From Bugula neritina (Eukaryota; Animalia; Bryozoa): a DNA stretch of 64,000 nt. The DNA lies in NCBI GenBank assembly GCA_964035545.1, contig OZ037769.1, forward strand, positions 16,894,633 through 16,958,632. The letters run 5' to 3'. The position numbers and the translations under genes were made by a program. This document shows, piece by piece, positions 1 to 13,800 of this stretch (positions within the stretch are counted from its first letter, which is position 1; each line of letters begins with the position of its first letter). The notes below the pieces were generated by a model. The model was given only the letters and a program-made list of their open reading frames with translations. It was not told the origin of the DNA and did not search any database.

Positions 1-37
1 AGGTCAATACGACGTTTTGCCCTCTATGATGACTCAC

Positions 38-3000
38 AAGATTGCCTTATTGCCGACTTGCTTCTCGCAGAAGGCCAGTTTCTCAAACTGCTCCTTTCTA
101 GCATGTTCTATCAGGTTCCTGCAATGCCTACAAGTAGCAATCAGCAATTAGTAAGTAGCAATCAGCAAATAGTAAGTAGCAATTAGCAAATAGTAAGTAG
201 CAATTAGCAACAAAGTACAGTTTTATCATGAGTTTGTATTATAAGGAGAAAACTACTCTAAAAGTCAATTACTAACAAAAACTTATTTTAGCAAGTTATT
301 GTGATATCATCCTGTGCAACCAACCTACCTGGTCACAATCCACTCACCTACCTGGTCACAATTCATTCACCTACCTGGTCACATTCACCCACCTACCTCT
401 CTCACTACCTACACTAGTGGTCTAAGAATTAGCAACGTCACAATGCTAACTCATATAATATTATGACTATAAAAGTGAACTTCGATAGAATAAAAAAGCA
501 ACATTCTGGAATACTCCTCTGCCTCTCTCACTAACTGACTGCCAGCCATAATAAAAACATTATTAAATGCAAAATATTTTCAAAAAAATCTCAGAGTTGA
601 GTTTCAGCTAATATATTGAACATAAAAAGCTTGAGGATTTGAAAAAAAATCCAGTAAATTTGATTCAACTTATTCAGATTGAAATCACTCTAATAAAGAA
701 GATGAATGTAATATATAGAGCAGTTTGTCAATGGTACAGTGTAGCAGCTAGTAGCAAGTAAATATATATTTCACGTACATGTAAAATCTTTCTAGAAACT
801 TCTCAGAGCGCAGGTTCTTGTAGTTGACAATGTTTCTCCATGCTCCAATCGTGTAGCAGACGCTGAAACAACAATAAGCAACGTCTGCAACAGATATTCT
901 CCTGTGACTGAGAGAGAGGTGTGTCTTACGAAGCAGATTTTATCTGTGTGAGAATGAGTCATAGTTTAGGAGGTCAAAGTTCACCCAAGCCTACAGCTGA
1001 TTTACCAACTGATCACCATATAGAATATTTGATTATAAACATTTCCAACATCAAGCCTTTTAGAAAAAATAAAATGGTTTAGACAATATACAGGTTTTCA
1101 TAATTATTCTTCAAATTTGAAAATCAGCATAATAAATTAGCACCAAATCGAAATAATCTGCTAGTGTTAATGTAAAAGTATACCATTATTTCACGTAACT
1201 AATGAGAAATAAGCATATAACATACTATATCTGGTAGTATAAAGTTCACGGTGTACAGATTATAGCAACCTATAGGTTGACCAATAATAATTTACAATAA
1301 AAGTACTGACTTTGATTCCAGAGGTAGGAAGCTGATGCTGGCCAGTTCCTGGAGGAGCTTAGCGACAGACAGACAAGCTGCGTTGTAATTAGAAACTCCC
1401 CTCAGATGAGTCAGTTCTAACTCTCTATGTCTCTTCTGATACTCAGCTTTCCTCCTCACAGCTAACCACCTGCAGCATTAGAGATCATTGTGGTGTGTGT
1501 GAACACAGCTCATGTTACTATATATTGTATTATAATATTATATTATAATAGTATACTATATTATAATATATATTATATTATTTCATAATAATCTTATATA
1601 AATTAAAGGCATTAATTGAAAGTTGATGGATGTAACCGACGTGTGTCCTTCAGTTGAAAAGAATAATCAAATTTAAGATTTATACGTTGATATTCTGTAG
1701 TCTGAGTTGATATTCTGTAGTCTGAGTTGATATTCTGTAGTCTGAGTTAATACTCTGTAGTCTGAGTCAACATTCTGTAGTCTGAGTTAATATTCTGTAG
1801 TCTGAGTTGATATTCTGTAGTCTGAGTTGATATTCTGTAGTCTGAGTTGATATTCTATAGTCTGAGGTCACATTTCGTAGCCTAATAGCAAGGTAAGCGC
1901 ACTCACCCGTTGAAGCAGCGTCTAATAAGATAGTTCTTGAAGAAAGGGATGGAGGAAATGGCTCTGTGGATAACAGCCTGTCTGAACCATTCTCCTAGAC
2001 TCAGAACCTCACACGGCTGGTGTCTGGAGACCGACAGCACCCCAAATGTGGAGAAGATGTAGTGCTCGGGCTTTATCTAGTTCAAACACAATTTAGGAGT
2101 AACAGAAACGAAGTTAGGGGCGTGAGACTAGAGTCCCGCATTCACTATTAACTACCAGTTTTGACACACAAAGCAAGTTCAACATATAATAATACCAAAG
2201 CTAACAAATTTCTTGATTATTAAAACTAAGACTACCAAAACTCAAGTAATCTAAACAGACAATTTAAAAATGGGTATATAATATATAATATTACAGCATG
2301 ATGTATACAATATATAATATTACAGCATGATGTATACAATATATTATATTACAGCATGATGTATACAATATATTATATTACAGCACGATGTATACAATAT
2401 ATTATATTACAGCATGATGTATACAATATATTATATTACAGCATGATGTATACAATATATTATATTACAGCATGATGTATACAATATATAATATTACAGT
2501 ATGATGTATACAATATATTATATTACAGTATGATGTATACAGTATATTATATTACAGTATGATGTATACAATATATTATATTACAGCATGACGTATACAA
2601 TATATTATATTACAGCATGATGTATACAGTATATTATATTACAGCATGATGTATACAGTATATTATATTACAGCATGATGTATACAATATATTATATTAC
2701 AGCATGATGTATACAATATATTATATTACAGCATGATGTATACAATATATCATATTACAGCATGATGTATACAATATATCATATTACAGCATGATGTATA
2801 CAGTATATTATATTACAGCATGATGTATACAATATATCATATTACAGCATGATGTATACAATATTATATAATAAATATAAAACACCTTCTGTTTGGGAAC
2901 AGCTATGAGGTCATAAGGTGACCACCTCTGCTGCTCCACTATGTTGAAGTACATGTGACGGATCTTCCCGAGATGGTAGAGTTGAGCAAAGTACGCCACG

Positions 3001-6000
3001 GCTTCCCGCGCTGTCATCACATGATCAGCAGTATCCTTGAATAGTGTAATAATATGCTGTGTCATGTATTTACAGGTAAGTACTAAGTAGGCCATTTATT
3101 TACAGGTAAGTACTAAGTAGGTCATGTATTTACAGGTAAGTACTAAGTAGGCCATTTATTTACAGGTAAGTACTAAGTAGGTCATGTATTTACAGGTAAG
3201 TACTAAGTAGGTCATGTATTTACAGGTAAGTACTAAGTAGGTCATGTATTTACAGGTAAGTACTAAGTAGGTCATGTATTTACAGGTAAGTATTAAGTAG
3301 GTTATGTATTTACAGGTAAGTATTAAGTAGGTCATCTATTTACAGGTAAGTACTAAGTAGGTCATGTACTTACAGGTAAGTGCATATTGCCAGCTGCCTG
3401 ACTCGACGCTCTCATAGCCTCATCCATTATTTTCTTAGCTTGAGTTTCTTCTTCCACAGTGCGGAGGCCCGACTGGCGTGTCCTTGGAATCAACTTGGGG
3501 TCATCTGGAAGGTCAGCTTCAAAGGCATTCAGAAGAAACCCAGCAGACGTGTTCCAAACACTTTCTCCTGTAAATGTATCACATCAGGGTGAAAGATGTG
3601 AACTCAATTCTGATTGGCTAAGAGCACACTAACATGTTACCTAATTGGCTAAGAATACCCATGTATTCTAATTACAATGTCACAATAATTATTTCTATAT
3701 GAAGAAATGCAAACAGTTACATGGAAAGACAACTACAGGTATCACCGAAATATAACTGAAATTGCTGGTACTAGTTTCTACAATGTATTCATATTAGTTT
3801 ACACTGAGAGTCAGAGTGAATGTTAAACTCAGCTGTTACAGTTTCATTATTTTATATAGTATGTATATAGTGTGTATATAGTGTTTATATAGTATGTATA
3901 TAGTATTTATATAGGATTTATAAAGTATTCAGTATTCAGTATATAGTTGGTGTATGACTGTATGCAATATAATATTGTCAGCAATAAAGTGAACTTACGC
4001 TGAGCTGCCTCTCTCCCGACAGCAGCAATGGACTTCCTCAAGTCACCGAATGTTATTGAAGTGTTGACAGGATCAAACATATTTTCTTCACCCTGTAATA
4101 TAGTAATATATCAAAAATCAATCTCTGTAAGCCATTTTGTTCAACTTTGAATACCGAAATGATATTATAACAACTTGCAGGCACATTAAAAGCTGCTTTT
4201 AGAAACCGTGACTTAAACTTGTAATCTTCCAGCTATGCCATTTTCTAGTATCTGTTTAGCTATTTTAATTCATTAGCTTTATTTCTTTCAATGTATACCT
4301 TTGATTATTTTTAATGTATACTTTTAATATTATAACATTTTATCTTATGGCTGTGGCATTTACACATTTACACTTGTACACATGTACACATGTACACTTG
4401 TACACTTGTACACTTGTACACTTGTACACTTGTACACTTGTACACATGTACACTTGTACACTTGTACACTTGTACACTTGTACACTTGTACACTTGTACA
4501 CTTGTACACTTGTACACTTGTACACTTGTACACTTGTACACTTGTACACTTGTACACTTGTACACTTGTACACTTGTACACTTGTACACTTGTACACTTG
4601 TACACTTGTACACTTGTACACTTGTACACTTGTACACTTGTACACTTGTACACTTGTACACTTGTACACTTGTACACTTGTACACTTGTACACTTGTACA
4701 CTTGTACACACGAAACTAATAATAATAAAATGCTTTATCAAATTGTATCCTACTTGCTAACTATATATAATAAAAGCACTCAGTTTCACTGTATTTTTCT
4801 GTAAGTAATATAGTAATATAGTAAGGTGCAGTGTGAATGATATAATAGGCAGTTTTGTGTAATGACAGTTCTAGTTTCTTAAAACAAAATACTCTACGGA
4901 ATACTGTATGGAATACTCTATGGAATACTATATGGAATACTCTGTGGAATACTGTATGGAATACTCTATGGAATAATCTATGGAATACTATATGGAATAC
5001 TATATGGAATACTCTATGGAATACTATATGGAATACTCTATGGAATACTATATGGAATACTCTATGGAATAATCTATGGAATACTGTATGGAATACTCTG
5101 TGGAATACTATATGGAATACTCTATAGAATACTCTGTGGAATACTCTGTGGAATACTCTACGGAATACTATATGAAATACTGTATGGAATAATCTATGGA
5201 ATACTCTATGGAATACTCTGTGGAATACTATATGGAATACTCTACGGAATACTCTATGGAATACTCTATGGAATACTATATGGAATAATCTATGGAATAC
5301 TCTATGGAATAATCTATGGAATACTGTATGGAATACTCTGTGGAATACTATATGGAATACTCTATGGAATACTCTATGGAATACTATATGGAATACTATA
5401 TGGAATACTATATGGAATACTCTATGGAATACTCTATGGAATACTATATGGAATACTCTACGGAATACTTTATAGAATACAACAGAACCAGCAGACACTC
5501 ACGGGTCTATCCAGCAGATAAGGATTCGTCCCATCTGGTAACAGGATACTCCTCTGAGATGGGCGGAGCTTATACCTCACAGCTCTGCGTGGTTCCGGAG
5601 ACACACCCCTTGCAGGGGGAACTGGGATACAATAGGCTTGTTTGGGCTTAGCCCCAGTCTCTTTCACTCTCTCTACGTGCTGGTAAAAGACACCAGAAAC
5701 ATACAACACATAGTAGACACTTCAATTATAGAGTGTAAAATTATGTTCTTCTTTAAGAGGCAGAAAATATTCTACATTTTGCAACATTTTTACTTGAAAA
5801 ATGATCCGCTAGTAACTACTAAGTGACTTTGCATATTGTAAGAATTTAAATGAGCTTTTTATGGATAAACTATTCATAGAATAGTTTGATCACAACTTGA
5901 TAATAGCTAGTTGCTATTATTATACATGCAATTTAAGAGTTATCTTCACTTTAAGAGTTGCCTTCACTTTAAGAGTTGCCTTCACTTTAAGAGTTATCTT

Positions 6001-8269
6001 CACTTTGAAAGTAATGTCACTAAGAATGGTGTGAGGAGAGCCCTGCTACAGTTAGAGTGTAAAGCTTCACAAAGACAGACTTACATCAGGAAACACTTTC
6101 TTTAGGGCTGCAACGATCTCTAGACCTGCCAATTTTTCTGTATCGACCTCACAATGCGCAATGATTCGTTCGATGTAATGTTGACACTACAATGTAACAG
6201 CAACTGCGTTAAATGTCTGTAAATTGTATTTATTCCAAGAGCATGCGAGATACATCTAATAACAGTTTACATCATCAGTTTGAAGTCAAAAGACAAAATT
6301 AGCTTTATACTTTAGCAGTACCCAATACGCAATACGGAAAGTATTGGTTCACACCTGGGTATCAATATATCATCATAATCTCTCTAAAAGGGACAATTAT
6401 GTAACACACCTCAAAAACTATGAAAAAACATTTGGCTTTTTACTATTTCATGCATATGAATTAGAGATTAACATGTACCAAAGTATGAGAACGGAAGACT
6501 CAAGTAGCTACTAAGTTAAATATGACTAAATATCTATAAATAGTATACCTCTGGAAGACTTTGAATGTACAACTTGATTGGCTCAAGTAATTCCAACACT
6601 TTGATCAGATAACTCCAAACTTCATGTCTAAAATTTTGTCAAATAATATTTCATGAATTATAAGAATATCAATAAAATAATCAAAATTATATATAAGATG
6701 AATGCAACATCATATCAAGGAGCTAATACATGTGTACAAAATATAGAAATATTAAAAATTCTAGCAAAGTTTTTGACAACTTAAATCAACCAAGGGTTTG
6801 TTGAATACAACCCAAACCCTCAATTTAGTTTAGACTGAGCACCAACTTACAAATCATGTTGTAAAGCAAGCACCATCAGAGACTGCAGCTCTCTGTGTAG
6901 AATATCTACGCAGCTTTTCACTTCATCAGCAGTTCCATCTTCAGAGCCAAGTAACTCCAACCTAACAATAGAGATTCAACCACGGGCTCAGATCGATCGT
7001 TTTTCCATGAGAGTGTCAGATCGATCTCGCGAAGTTGCCTCCTCTTAAGTGAAGAATACTTTTAAAGTATAATTTGTTCACCTATTTGAGTGATTAAAGC
7101 TACTACTGTTGAAAACAAAATGCCCGTAGTCTAAAATTTAATCCCAGCTATAAACTATACGCAGCAAAGCTTTCAGTGTATGATAATTTGGCCAATTTAA
7201 AATAATTAATTTTAATATTTTAGCTTGACAGCTTATGTAAAATTAATGGCTGTCTTGCAGATTATTAATAAACTTACAGGACTGTTAAGCTTAAAATTAC
7301 AAAGAAAATAGCTAATGAAACTAAGTTTTAATAGTCATTTAAATTTAATTTAAATTCTCCCATTTTTTCAACCTTCTACTGCATATAATTGAGTTTTCTT
7401 AATCATTGTACTGAAAGTCAAAGTTTTGGCATCTAAAAAGGTGGTTATCATAATTATTTAATACTTTGCTTAGTAATTATCAATAAGTTATCATTTTTAT
7501 TAGCAGACAACATTGTAGCGAGCAGTCTTTTTCTACTTCTCAGATCGATCTGGCGTCTTTCCATGGTCTTATTGACATGAGATCGATCTGAGTTCGAGCT
7601 CCACAGACCGACCAGCTCAGAACGACGGAGATCGATCTTTGGCGTCTTTCCATGGATCGATCTCGCCAAGATCGATCTGAGATCGGTACATGGAAAGCCG
7701 GTGAATGTGGTTAGAGTGGTTAGGGGTTAGAGGTTAAAGAGGTTAGGGGTTAGAGGTTAGAGTGGTTAGGGGTTAAAGGTTAGAGTGGTTGGAGATTGGA
7801 GTGGTTGAAAACATAGTATCATCAGTGCATATTAAGCCATGCTACCTACCATTCTCATTCTCACACATACACAATAAGTGCTGAGCTGTGAGGTTTGGTA
7901 TGCAATGCAGAAGTGCAAATTACGCCAGCTGATTACATTATAGAGATTATAGAGTGTAAGTTGAGAAAATGGTAACATGGTGGTTTCAGTTTATAAAGAA
8001 AAATTAAAGTAGTTTCAGTTTCCCCTCATAATAGAAAATTGAAACATAAAATTGAAACTACTAACTTACAACAGGTAAAGTATCAACAACTCTAAGATAT
8101 AGAATGTTTTATACCTGCGTCTTTCAAATTTGCACCAGTCTGTAGCATTCATTAGCAGCGCTTTTCCCTTGAAAGTTGATTGAGGCCCCTGTAAGGGTGT
8201 CATTAAATCCATCCCCACCTTCAACTTCAAGTTAGACTGTGTTCCATCCAAGGAAGTTTCAGCTGCCAT
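38..8269 (-). CDS. DNHD1: Dynein heavy chain domain-containing protein 1-like, N-terminal 12 exons (3' part lies beyond the window's left edge)
   Basis: Phase-consistent GT-AG exons (minus): 8115-8269, 6851-6961, 6549-6627, 6085-6186, 5503-5679, 3999-4092, 3374-3567, 2886-3035, 1907-2076, 1311-1469, 779-862, 38-127. Translation includes ...WSPYDLIAVPKQK|IKPEHYIFSTFGVLSV...LGEW...IPFFKNYLIRRCFNRW...LLQELASISFLPLE, matching as I recall the DNHD1 motifs PEHYIFSPFGILHV, IPFFKY and LLQELHSVSWLP. The start codon at 8269 is less certain than the internal exons. Confidence 0.85.
1686..1866. repeat. 20-bp minisatellite (GTTGATATTCTGTAGTCTGA), about 9 copies, intronic
   Basis: Directly visible tandem units. 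Confidence 0.95.
2275..2868. repeat. 29-bp minisatellite (ATATTACAGCATGATGTATACAATATATT), about 20 copies, intronic
   Basis: Directly visible; ends just before the donor site at 2885. Confidence 0.95.
3061..3380. repeat. 30-bp minisatellite (GTCATGTATTTACAGGTAAGTACTAAGTAG), about 10.5 copies, overlapping a DNHD1 splice donor
   Basis: Fills almost the whole intron 3036-3373; the terminal unit contains the real donor. Confidence 0.95.
4369..4708. repeat. 8-bp microsatellite (TGTACACT)n, about 42 copies
   Basis: Directly visible; explains the six spurious ORFs at 4314-4804. Confidence 0.97.
4886..5480. repeat. 12-bp minisatellite (GGAATACTCTAT variants), about 49 copies
   Basis: Directly visible; explains spurious ORFs 4761-5498, 4855-5127 and part of 5316-5651. 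Confidence 0.95.
6981..7703. mobile_element. Non-autonomous DNA transposon (CAC...GTG ends, AGATCGATCT subterminal palindromes; CACTA/CMC-like), about 723 bp, in a DNHD1 intron
   Basis: Begins CACGGGCTCAGATCGATC and ends AAGATCGATCTGAGATCGGTACATGGAAAGCCGGTG, nearly identical to the right end of the element at 26611-26696. Multiple AGATCGATCT palindromes near both ends. No clean TSD. Confidence 0.65.
7708..7806 (+). repeat. Degenerate telomere-like (GGTTAG[A/G]G) tract
   Basis: GGTTAGAGTGGTTAGGGGTTAGAGGTTAAAGAGGTTAGGGGTTAGAGG..., starting a few nt after the transposon end. Confidence 0.6.
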
Positions 8270-9829
8270 TGTGACTGATTACTAATAATAAAAAGTTACA
8301 AGTAGACACGCTACAGAGCAAACAATAGGTGTAGCTGTTTAACTCAGTAAATGATGAGTCGTAAAGTTCAAAACCTGAAGTACCCAACATTTAACTTCAA
8401 CTCAAAAAACTTAGTTAATATGGGAACAGAATTCTACCTTCACAGCACACTAGAAACTGAATTAGTCATTTCATCCTTGAATCTACAATAGAACCAACAA
8501 GTAGTGTAAGGGGCGCAGGTTTAAAGCTGCAATTACTAAATTTTAAGAACTTTGACACATATGCATGTTAAATATTTTTTTGGATTCAAAATAAAACTAT
8601 TTGATCTAAGATAAAGCACATTTGGCTATCACTTTATGTTACAGCAAAAATATATAATGAAAAAATAGTTATGAGATATCAGCCCTTTAGCCGTGCAATT
8701 TTCCAACAATTTTAGTTGATTTAATAAAATCTTTTAATGAATACAATGTCACCCCTTTTTAATTGTTGCTACAACTATATTGAATGAAAAATATAATATA
8801 ATGAAAATATGTGCATCAAAGCAGATCAAACATGGTAACAATACCAACTGCTATCACTTTTTAAATTTAAAACTGTACGGCCAGTAAATAAAAATAATTG
8901 CTAACAAATTTTTACAGCAGCATGTAATTGCATTCACAAATATTTCAATTTAAATCATATTAATTATAAAGCTAAAAATCAATAATAAACTCTTATTCAG
9001 TAAAGCAATCAATTATATTTTTTAGATTGTTTTATTTGAATTGTCTTAAAATTATGTCATTGTCATATGCTAGATTTAATTTTATCAAATAACAGCTGAA
9101 CACCAAGCTGGTGTTTAATTTAAAATAATTAATATTTCTATTTCCACTACTATTTAACTATAATTTGAATTTAATTACTAATACTCGTGACACTACAAAA
9201 TTTATGTTGTATTTGTTGAGCAACTTTGACTATTATTACTACAATTAGTAAATCACAACGACTTTCAGTTTGATTATCATCATGATACTCAGTAAATAAG
9301 CATAGACAAATTAAAGAACCCTATTGCTTTTACGTTTACGTTTAAATAGTAATACCAGTTACACTATTACATGTAATCATCACGTATTTGTAACAAACCA
9401 CTGTCATTGTGATTAAATTTTGATCATGTTTATGATGACCATAATGATCACCATAATGATAATGATCATTGTCATTTTGAGTATGGTCCTCATGATCATG
9501 ATCAAAATTTGATCACAATCACAACGACAGTGGTTTTTTACAAATACGTGATGCTTACAGTTATATGTAATAGTATAACTGGTGTTACTATATAAACGTA
9601 AAAGCAATAACTATAGGGCAAAATTCTTTAATTTAGTTTTAATCATTCAGTTAGTAGTAGACGTAGTACTAGTTTTAGTTCACAAATTGTAACAGTGCCA
9701 AAGTATCAAAATTAGGTCGTAAACTTAAAGTCAAACAAATAAACTAAATATAACTTTGAAGTTATATTATTAAAACAAAATGAATCATAACATAAATATT
9801 GCCATATAATTCTAAAATATTCTTTAAAA

Positions 9830-10260
9830 TAAAGATAGTTGGTGCGAGTGAGTGGATCGAGAATCGTTGCTTGGGCGCCATGTTGTTGTTATGCATAACT
9901 ATACAAGATCATCGTTGCAGTTTTGTAAATTACGAAGGTGTTTGCATTTGCAAATGTAGTCTAGTTTTTCTAAAAGATTATAAAGTTGACTCGTTAAAAT
10001 ATAGCAAGTCGAGTGCTCAAACTTGCCGGGCCGTAACTACTTTCACGTTTGCGACCACTGAAATGCGTGCCAGTGTTTGGAACTACGAGCTAAACGTTTG
10101 CACTCGCGGGCGACTCGTTTCAAGAACTCGTGACAATCCTGCGATGAAGTAGGCGCTGCCGTGCGTTCTTTCATTTCTCCATCGGTTTAGTGGTCTTTGG
10201 TCTAGGAGGGCAGGAGGGGGCGGAAGCTAAGTTTGACCCTCGTTCTACAATATAAAGGGG
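9830..10260. promoter_or_regulatory. Putative bidirectional promoter region between DNHD1-like and MTMR14
   Basis: Locally CpG/GC-enriched against an AT-rich background; GGGGCGGAAG (GC-box/ETS-like) near 10217 and CGCCATGTT (YY1-like) near 9876; lies between two divergent ATGs 2.6 kb apart. Confidence 0.5.
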
Positions 10261-10825
10261 ATTTCCGAGCTATAACTTACTATAGTCATTAGTTATTACT
10301 CACAGTCACAGACATTTCCCTTTTCATGCACCTACGACTAGAGTAACAGTTGGACATATTATTAGTACTAATATTGCAATCAGATTTGTTTATATTTGTA
10401 CCAAATTATAACTGCAATAACATTTAATTGTGATGTTACTAATCATTAACTTTAAGTGAATAAGTATAACTATAAGTATTACTATTAGTATAACTACAGG
10501 TGCAATCACATTTACATTGACATTCACATTACTATTAGGCTTAGCTTCAAGTCTGACTTGGATCATTGATGTTAGTTTCACTTCACTCATCGGTTTCTGT
10601 GAGATTACGTTTTACAGTGAGTGTGACTGGGAATCAATGAAAGTGACTTAATTTTAGTAAATCACTGGACATTTACAATTACTGTGGCTTTCAGTCTGAA
10701 CTGGAGTATGTTCCTGCATTTGGAGTTTCTCATCTAATAGTAATATTAAAACTGAACTCGAACAAATGACATCAGACTGAAGTGATCAGAGTACGACTGG
10801 GTACTATTTAACAGTTATAGCAACA

Positions 10826-13800
10826 ATGGCTGGATCAGGAAAAATAAAACAAAGTGACTTGAATCAGCTTGTTCATCACATGTCAAAAAAGGCTTTTCGA
10901 GCTAAAGATGCTACTGTCTTAGTAAGTTCAATTTTTTAAATGCTTGAAGTTAAACTTAAATAAACATTATGGTTGCTTGGTGATTATCAATATTACAGTA
11001 ATTTGCTGTGATTATTGATAAGTGCTTAATTGAAACAATTTTCTTGTTAATCACATGATGATAAGTTGAAGTTTGGCTTAGTATCACTCATAGTCATAAA
11101 TTTAAGAGTAATCAACATTAAGATTAATTGCATTGATTCCATCCTTTTATTGTTTTTTTATGTTCATCGTTTGTCAAATTAAAATAGTAATTATTGTTTA
11201 GTGTTTAGTCTTATAATTAGTTTTGCAGTTAGAGAAGTAATATTGTGGTTTCTGTTCCTACTTTCTCTGCTAAATTGCCTGCCTGTAGGTGTGAGGATAT
11301 TAAATTCCCCCTAAAGTCAGGCATTAGGATGATTTTAGTTCTAGTTTCTTAACTCAATACAGGCTCCTCTACACTTCTCTAAGGGTATCCCAAACACAGG
11401 TGTATGTATCTTCGGTTGTAGCCTGTATGATGATATTGTTTTGTATTTGTTGAAATACACATATTTTTGTAGTGGTGGTAGTTTTTAGGTAGTAAAGTCA
11501 GTAGCTAACGGGATGTATGGTAGTACTTTTTTGATACCTATTCTAGTACTAGTACTGGATTACTTTAAGCAGTCTCATGTTTAAAGGAAATGTAGCCTAA
11601 GTTCATAGTTATGATTTGTATTTGTTCTGCTCCCTCAATGTGTTTGGGATGACTAGTGTTGAAGAATGTGTTTTAATAACTGCGTAGGCGTTGCATTTTA
11701 TAGTTTTAAGTAGAATAGAGGTATGAAGAGAAAGGATAACTCTATATAGCTATTGTGTATTAATAGACAATTATTATTTATTCAGTGTGAGTTTTGATTC
11801 TATGACTTCTGCAGTGAAGTAACTAAACGCTATTAGGGAGGATGTAAGGTGTTGTAGTGAGTGTGTTTTGTGGAATAGGAAATTTAATTATCATGAGGTT
11901 ATCTGTTTAATGAATTAGTATTACATGTTTGTTTTATCCATCAGGACTCACCCGGAAGTTAGTACAACTGGTGCAGCAGTGACTCAACTTAAGTTCTTGG
12001 ATGAGTTTCAACTCAAACATGTTTTGAAAATAGTATCTAAAATATTGTGTGAAAGCTCTCCAGCCCTTGGCTAAATGCTGAATTATTGTCATATATAGTA
12101 GCAGTGCATTTACTATTGTGTTTCATTGGTTGACCTGGATGTGTTTCTGTTTTCAGGATGAGAAAATCATGTCTCATTGTTTGACTCTGTGTGGAAAAGA
12201 CTACAAATACTCTGTAAGCATTTAGTTACTTTCTAAAAAAAACTTTAATTTTTTGTCACAAACTTACTATTTGAAAATAGATTTTATGTTAAATTATTTT
12301 TATTCTAATAGTTTAATAGGAGATTGCTATCAGTTTAATAACAAATATTATATGTTTTTGCTTTTCAGATTTGTAAGATATTTGGAAATTGGCTTTGCTT
12401 GCATTTTGTATTATGTCTTCAGGCCTGTTGAAGGAATTTCTTTGCTCTAAAAATTTTTCCTGCCTTACTACTCTACTTTATATTTTGTTATTTATGTTTT
12501 GTTCACTGCAAGTCAAATAACAAATACTAAATATTCAAAGTGATTACTCAGTATTTAATGTGAAAATTGAGTTTTCAAAGTGAATACTAAACGTTTGATA
12601 TTGTCCTACTTGGTTACCATGGTTACTAGGTACTCGACAACAAGAATGGGGAGTTATGCAACCATTACCCTCCCAAACTCATACTTCTCGAGTACGAGTG
12701 TAGAGATTCGGCCGGTCACCATGAGTCCATTTATAACATGCAGTCACTTACAGACATGTTCAGGAAAGACCGGTTCGCTCGCTGTCGGACCAGATTCGTA
12801 GTTCCAGTCATCCTGATTGAGGGAAAGGTAGTCAAATTATATGTTTTTATCAAATTCAAAAATTCATTGGCAAATAAAGTCTATGCCCAATGCAAATGTT
12901 TTTGAATTAGAAATGAATCATATTAAAGCCAAACAAATTATGTCATAGAGTTCTATTATCTACTCAGGAAGAAAAAGTTGATGTTTCACTTGTATTGTCA
13001 TGTGACTCACATTTCCTGGTCACGCAAGTTGGTGTTTTGTAGCATATCTGTCGGTCTGCTACGATATCAGGAAGTGGGGAACTCTATGGGAGACTCGGAC
13101 TCAACCTTGTGTTCAGTAAGTACTAGTAGTGGTGGTGGTAGTAGTAGTAGTAATGGGACTAGTAGTAGTAGCACTAGCAGTAGTAGTATTATTAATAATA
13201 GTAGCAGTAGTAGTGTAGTAGTAGTAGCAGTAGTAGTCTTAGTAGTAGTAGTACTACTACTAACAGTACTAGTAGTAATACTAGCGGTAGTCAGCTGGTA
13301 TTAATATTAGTACTACCAGTAGTACTGTGTGTAGTCACCTAGTGCTAGTAGCACTACTAGTAATGTGTATTATTTTATAATGAAATGAAAATGAAAAGAG
13401 TCAGAAGTTTTGTCACTTTCTTTCATCGCTGACTTTTATTTACCAGACGCTGAGAGATCCGGCAGCTCTACCGCTACGTCCGACGAGGCTAACAATGGTG
13501 ACCCCGGGTGAGTTCGAGGGGGGAGGTGGTGGGGGTCTATAGAGCAGTCATTGACTAGAGTCAAGTGTTACAGCAACTTTCAAGTCACGTGATCAAATGT
13601 TTACTCAGATTCTTGTGCTGGTTTGATTTTAAAGTTCTCTTAGTAAATGATGAGAAGTCTGCAGAATAGTATTGATATGAATATTGATTAGGAATATGCT
13701 ATTCTGGTGATGGGTTGGGTTTTATTTGTTTTGTATGTTATATTACATTATATAACATGTTTTATTACATCACTATTTAATATAGTGTATTATATTATTA

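Noticed and set aside
38-3035. Assignment as DNAH6 or DNAH14
   Set aside because: The region is homologous, but PEHYIFSxFG and LLQELxSxSxLP fit DNHD1 better as I recall them; a phylogeny would settle it.
2275-3380. 29-30-bp repeats of CRISPR-like length
   Set aside because: Head-to-tail with no unique spacers, no cas genes, and a eukaryotic intron context.
4314-5498. Cluster of ORFs with LYTCTLVH, VFHR and WNT repeats
   Set aside because: Stop-free frames of 8-bp and 12-bp intronic satellites within the DNHD1 intron.
9799-10152. 117-aa ORF in the divergent intergenic region
   Set aside because: Non-ATG start and no recognisable motifs; better explained as a GC-richer promoter region.
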